DNA of 64,000 nt, taken from Orbicella franksi. Taxonomy: Eukaryota. This document shows, piece by piece, positions 59,878 to 64,000 of this stretch. Below the pieces are notes generated by a model. The model did no database searches. It was not told where the DNA came from and saw nothing but the letters and a program-made list of their open reading frames with translations. Location of the stretch: the NCBI GenBank assembly GCA_964199315.1, contig OZ116706.1, positions 24,552,001 through 24,616,000 of the forward strand. The letters are read 5' to 3'. A program made the position numbers and the translations under genes. Numbering within the stretch: the stretch's first letter is position 1; each line of letters opens with the position of its first letter.

Positions 59878-62800
59878 TAATTATGCACTGCGCTCATGGG
59901 CTTAGTAAAGGTATCTCAAGTTTGCTTCGCAGTTTCTATGGCAATGTTAGAAAACCTGTGAATCATGCTTTTACCTCTGCATCATTTTGAGTTATATGAT
60001 ACACTTTGAGAGTTTGCAATTGGAGAACGGATGCGACTCAAACATTGGAATTTTACGCTTCTTTATGCTCTCCAAACCTACCGCGTTTATCTAATCCGAT
60101 AATGCTCACTAAAACATGGATTATTTGTTAAGTCGATGTTAATTCATTGCGATAATAATTACGATTATTCTTAGGCAAAATAGAAGGATTTACGAGGATC
60201 TCCTATCCTTTGCTTAATTAATGCCAGACGAAATTTATCCATTTGTTATTTAGTCAAGAAACAATAGACAACGGAAGCTGAAGAAAACACTTCATGTAGT
60301 ATGTAAGCTTGCATTTCCGTTTATTACAATTTTTCAGCCGCACAATATTTTTAATTACAGCCCTCTCCGATTGCATGCTTACGTCAACAAGCTCAGTTTA
60401 TCTACGGGGCCACGAAATTGCAGCACTGTTGTGACCCCGCATGTGCTAGCTTCTCATGTTGTTGGACCAAAAAAATAGCGGCCATGCACTTGAACTATGT
60501 GTTGTCGCACGAACCGTCCTTTTGTGAGTCGAGGAGGAATGGGAAGGAGAAACTTACCATCACTGTGGTCCTGCTAAGCGTGAGAACAAGATTATTGATT
60601 GGCGATATTCTTAACATCCTATCACCAGTGATTAATTTAAGGCAAATTTAATACTCCTCTAACCTTGTCTCATTTTCCCAAGAATTTCAAGAATTTGCCT
60701 CCCATTTGAGGAAATTATCTGCCTAATACATTATGGTTTTTTCCTTTTCAAAATTTATTTACATTTTTTGCTGCCAGTCTCAATTTTCCATGTGATCAAA
60801 GCAAATATCATTTAAGCTATATGCGACCCCTTCCTTTACAACGGAAAACCTAAAAGCTTCAAGATCAATAAAATTAGTGATGTTTTTTCAAGCAATTGTT
60901 TTCTCTAATTACAAAAAGGCAGAATTATTTTTGGGAGTTGGTGCCTGTAGCAAGCGGTTCGCATAAAAAGTTTTGAATTACCTATCATGCAGATTGCAAT
61001 CAACTCAGCCACGTTTTGACAATCGTTTAGGGCCATTTCACAGATGAAACTGCAGCAATCTTTTGTACCCCATCAGAGCATAATCGGGATTTATTACAAC
61101 ACGTTGAGTCAATATCAGCGCGCAGACGAAACACAGATTTTAAATTCTGCCCTAACAGATAGCGGTTTTGAACACGTTTAACGATTGGAGCTTATCGTCG
61201 TTGTACTGTTAAGGTACGTATAGTGCTTAATACGTTCGAACAAAAGAATCTTTCGGTGGACTTAGAGTACTTTAGACATGTATTTTAGCATCGTCAAATG
61301 AATAATAAAACCTTTTCTCGGGACGGCTTAAAACACTAAGCCAGTGAAAGAAAGCTGACATTTTCGAACGATGCGAATTGAAATGTGGTAAATTTTTTAT
61401 GAGAAGTAACTCTGCGGCCGTTCAGTAAGCAAGCAATCGGTCCAGATGTTATCGCCCTGAGTAACCATCGCTAAATAGCACGCGAAACTGCAGACTGTGA
61501 AGCACTTACACGTTGATTGCCTTTTACATATGAACAGGTAAGAAAACGAACGACACGTTTCGCTAGATAGAAGTTATCGGCTCATTTTGCGAACCAAGTA
61601 TGTCCAAATTGAATAGCACTATCAAATGTCGAGGGCACACGGACGAATCTGAATCTAACTCCATCCACATGATCGTGGGTGTTGAAACTTGGTTCAGTCG
61701 TGCGACTTGAAGGCTCTAAATAGAGTGTCAGAAATTTTGATGAAGTGACTTAATACCGAATCGGTTAGTAGTAATGCAACCAAAGCGAACGGTGTGCGCG
61801 GTTAAACGGAGTATAATTACAAGGAGTCGTGTGTAGCCCACGCACACTAGGGAAAAAAAGGCTAAAAAAGTACGATGTAAATATTGAATTTTCAACCTAA
61901 GAATAAAACGGTTTTTCGCTTGCTAAAGCTTTCCTTATTCTTTGCCGCAGAGGTAAGCAACAGTTTCGTATCACGTCTATTAACTTTGTTATTCTCGCAC
62001 ATCTTTAGGCTATTAAATCATCAATCATATTTATGAAAAGAAAGTCAAAAATAAAAATTTTGGTCAGGTTTTTTTTTAATAAGGTCTAACAGTTTTACTG
62101 ATCTTTCAACATTATTCACGATTGTTTGCTTTGTCTTAGTTATTACTTCGCTGGATTTTCCCGATGCATTATTGACGCATCATTAGTGCACCACTTAGTA
62201 AGTTTTTGCTTTCCCATTATCATGTCGAGTTTAAAAAAATTGAGCAGCCTGAAATATATAACATTATTGCCCGACTTGTCCGGCTGAGATAGGGCTGCAA
62301 GTGTTGAAAAAATTATACATTTACGTATATTATGTATTTTTTATTTTATTATTATTTTTTTAACTTCCTGCACGCAAGTCCGTGCCGGTTTCCGAGATAC
62401 TTAAAACCGGTCGGACCTTCGATAGTCCCCCAAACACTGAAAGACGTTTTTTTTCTTTTGAATGCAGCTCCGCTGCAAATGAAGCAGATTTTTTTAATTA
62501 ACAGTAGACTTATAAAACTAATCTGGAAACCCATTACGATCTCTTATTATTCACTTGAACTCGTGTGGATTTGAGTAGTTTCAATTTCAGCGTTTTCACC
62601 ATTTCCCAATCTGCCATATACAGTATATACATTGGCACCGGCCATTAGTGAAAAATAAACTTAAAAACTAAAAGCTTTGCACATAATGTTGGTGTAAAAA
62701 AACAAAACAGTTCTCTTTTTTAGTTCCAAGTAAAAACACAAATTAGTTGTGGCGTCTGAGCTCAAAAGCAGCTGTTTACACGCAAACTGAAAAACTGAGT

Positions 62801-64000
62801 TATCATTCAAATTCTTATTATAGTAAGACAAGCCATTATTAAAAGCATTTTCACTGATGACTTTTTTTCGTGTAGTCTCAACATAACACTAATTTCGCCA
62901 AAAGAGGACGAAGAAATGTAATCAGCAAAACAGGACAAAGATTTTGCGTTCGGGTCGAGTTTTTTGAGGATACGCAAATATGGTTTGAATTTCGGCATAA
63001 ATCATTTGAAAAGACAGTATTAGCCCCAAATGAAACCTGGGTTCAAGGGGCAATAGTCGAGTGTCGGACGCGTGGGTCTGTGTTTATTAACACCCATGGC
63101 CAAATGAAATTCCTGTTATTTGGTTTAATTGTAGTAACCACCGCAGTATTGGTAAAGAATTGGTTCATAATTAATGAGAGAAACTGTGGTAAGCCATGCC
63201 ACAATTCTAAGTGAATATGGGTGAAATTTGTTTCCTTTCTTCACGCCGTTTTTATTTGCGGTAATACTTGTCTTACCTCAGAGCTGACAAGGCGGCAGCT
63301 GAGTCTGGTAGTAAACTGAAAAGCGGCAACCGAAAATAACAATTGCTACAAGACAGTAGACCAACAAGATGTGTATCCTATCTTTTCAGAATACAATAAA
63401 AACAGCTAGCGACGAACCTATTTCAACCTTTCCCCCCCCTTGAAGCAAAACTTCAAGTTGTGTCTGAATGTTACCATTCAAACAGATAAACAGCACTTCC
63501 ATGCATTAGTGTTTGTCTCCCCGATATTTGCGAAAGTATCATTTTCAGTTTTAAGCCAGGGTGCTTTTGGGGGTGAACTGGTTAATAAAGGACGCTAATT
63601 ATTGAAACTGAATATTACAAATAAATTTAAACAACGAATAACCGGCTTTTGAAAAACTTTCATTGCTTCCTATAGTCGATTCACATGATGATTTTCGATG
63701 TTAACATATTTTTCACTAGAAAATTCTGTAAGATCTCAACTGAAGCCGCGGATTTGAGCGAAAATGAGTTGCGAGTAATTGTTTCTCTTAAATATGTAAA
63801 TAAAAACATCATCGTGAATTCACGTAAGCATCCAACATTTCTCCACAAGCGACATTTTGTAGTAATAAATATGAATGCTTCCTCTTTTACTATTCCTTTG
63901 CGGTTGTTTGTCACAGCCTTGTAAAGTTGACTGTAATTGTGGTAAAAAGAAAACACAACCATGAAATATTAAAAATAACTTCCTTGTTCACCAGCTTCAC

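Noticed and set aside
45380-62870. Other CTGATGA matches (e.g. ~45380, 48620, 51805, 51875, 55010, 62855) as hammerheads or C/D-box RNAs
   Set aside because: No stem II followed by GAAA and no stem I pairing.

Overview
AT-rich animal genomic DNA with spliceosomal introns, most likely a stony coral (inferred from the MITE/SINE families and TACATGTA runs). Three protein-coding genes are supported. (1) A PH-domain gene with an intronless CDS (+, 10456-11088). (2) A ~23-exon CPED1 orthologue (-, 13183-34920, ~1087 aa) with an N-terminal membrane anchor, a degenerate TTLL-like ATP-grasp domain, a cadherin-like domain and a PC-esterase domain. (3) A 5-exon gene (+, 42137-51474, ~226 aa) that appears to join an N-terminal SH3 domain to a FAM107-type coiled-coil region. 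Mobile DNA includes a disabled CR1/L2-like LINE nested in a MITE inside a CPED1 intron, whose microsatellite tail runs into a 204-N assembly gap. A truncated Penelope-like element upstream of CPED1 has 175-bp inverted repeats, each carrying a minimal hammerhead ribozyme motif (one intact, one with a core mutation). Also present are two tRNA-derived SINEs, two RTE 3' fragments, many MITEs with readable target-site duplications, and two decayed coding-like regions of unknown family (3.0-4.5 kb and 6.4-8.05 kb). All calls come from manual reading and recalled family motifs; no database searches were run.
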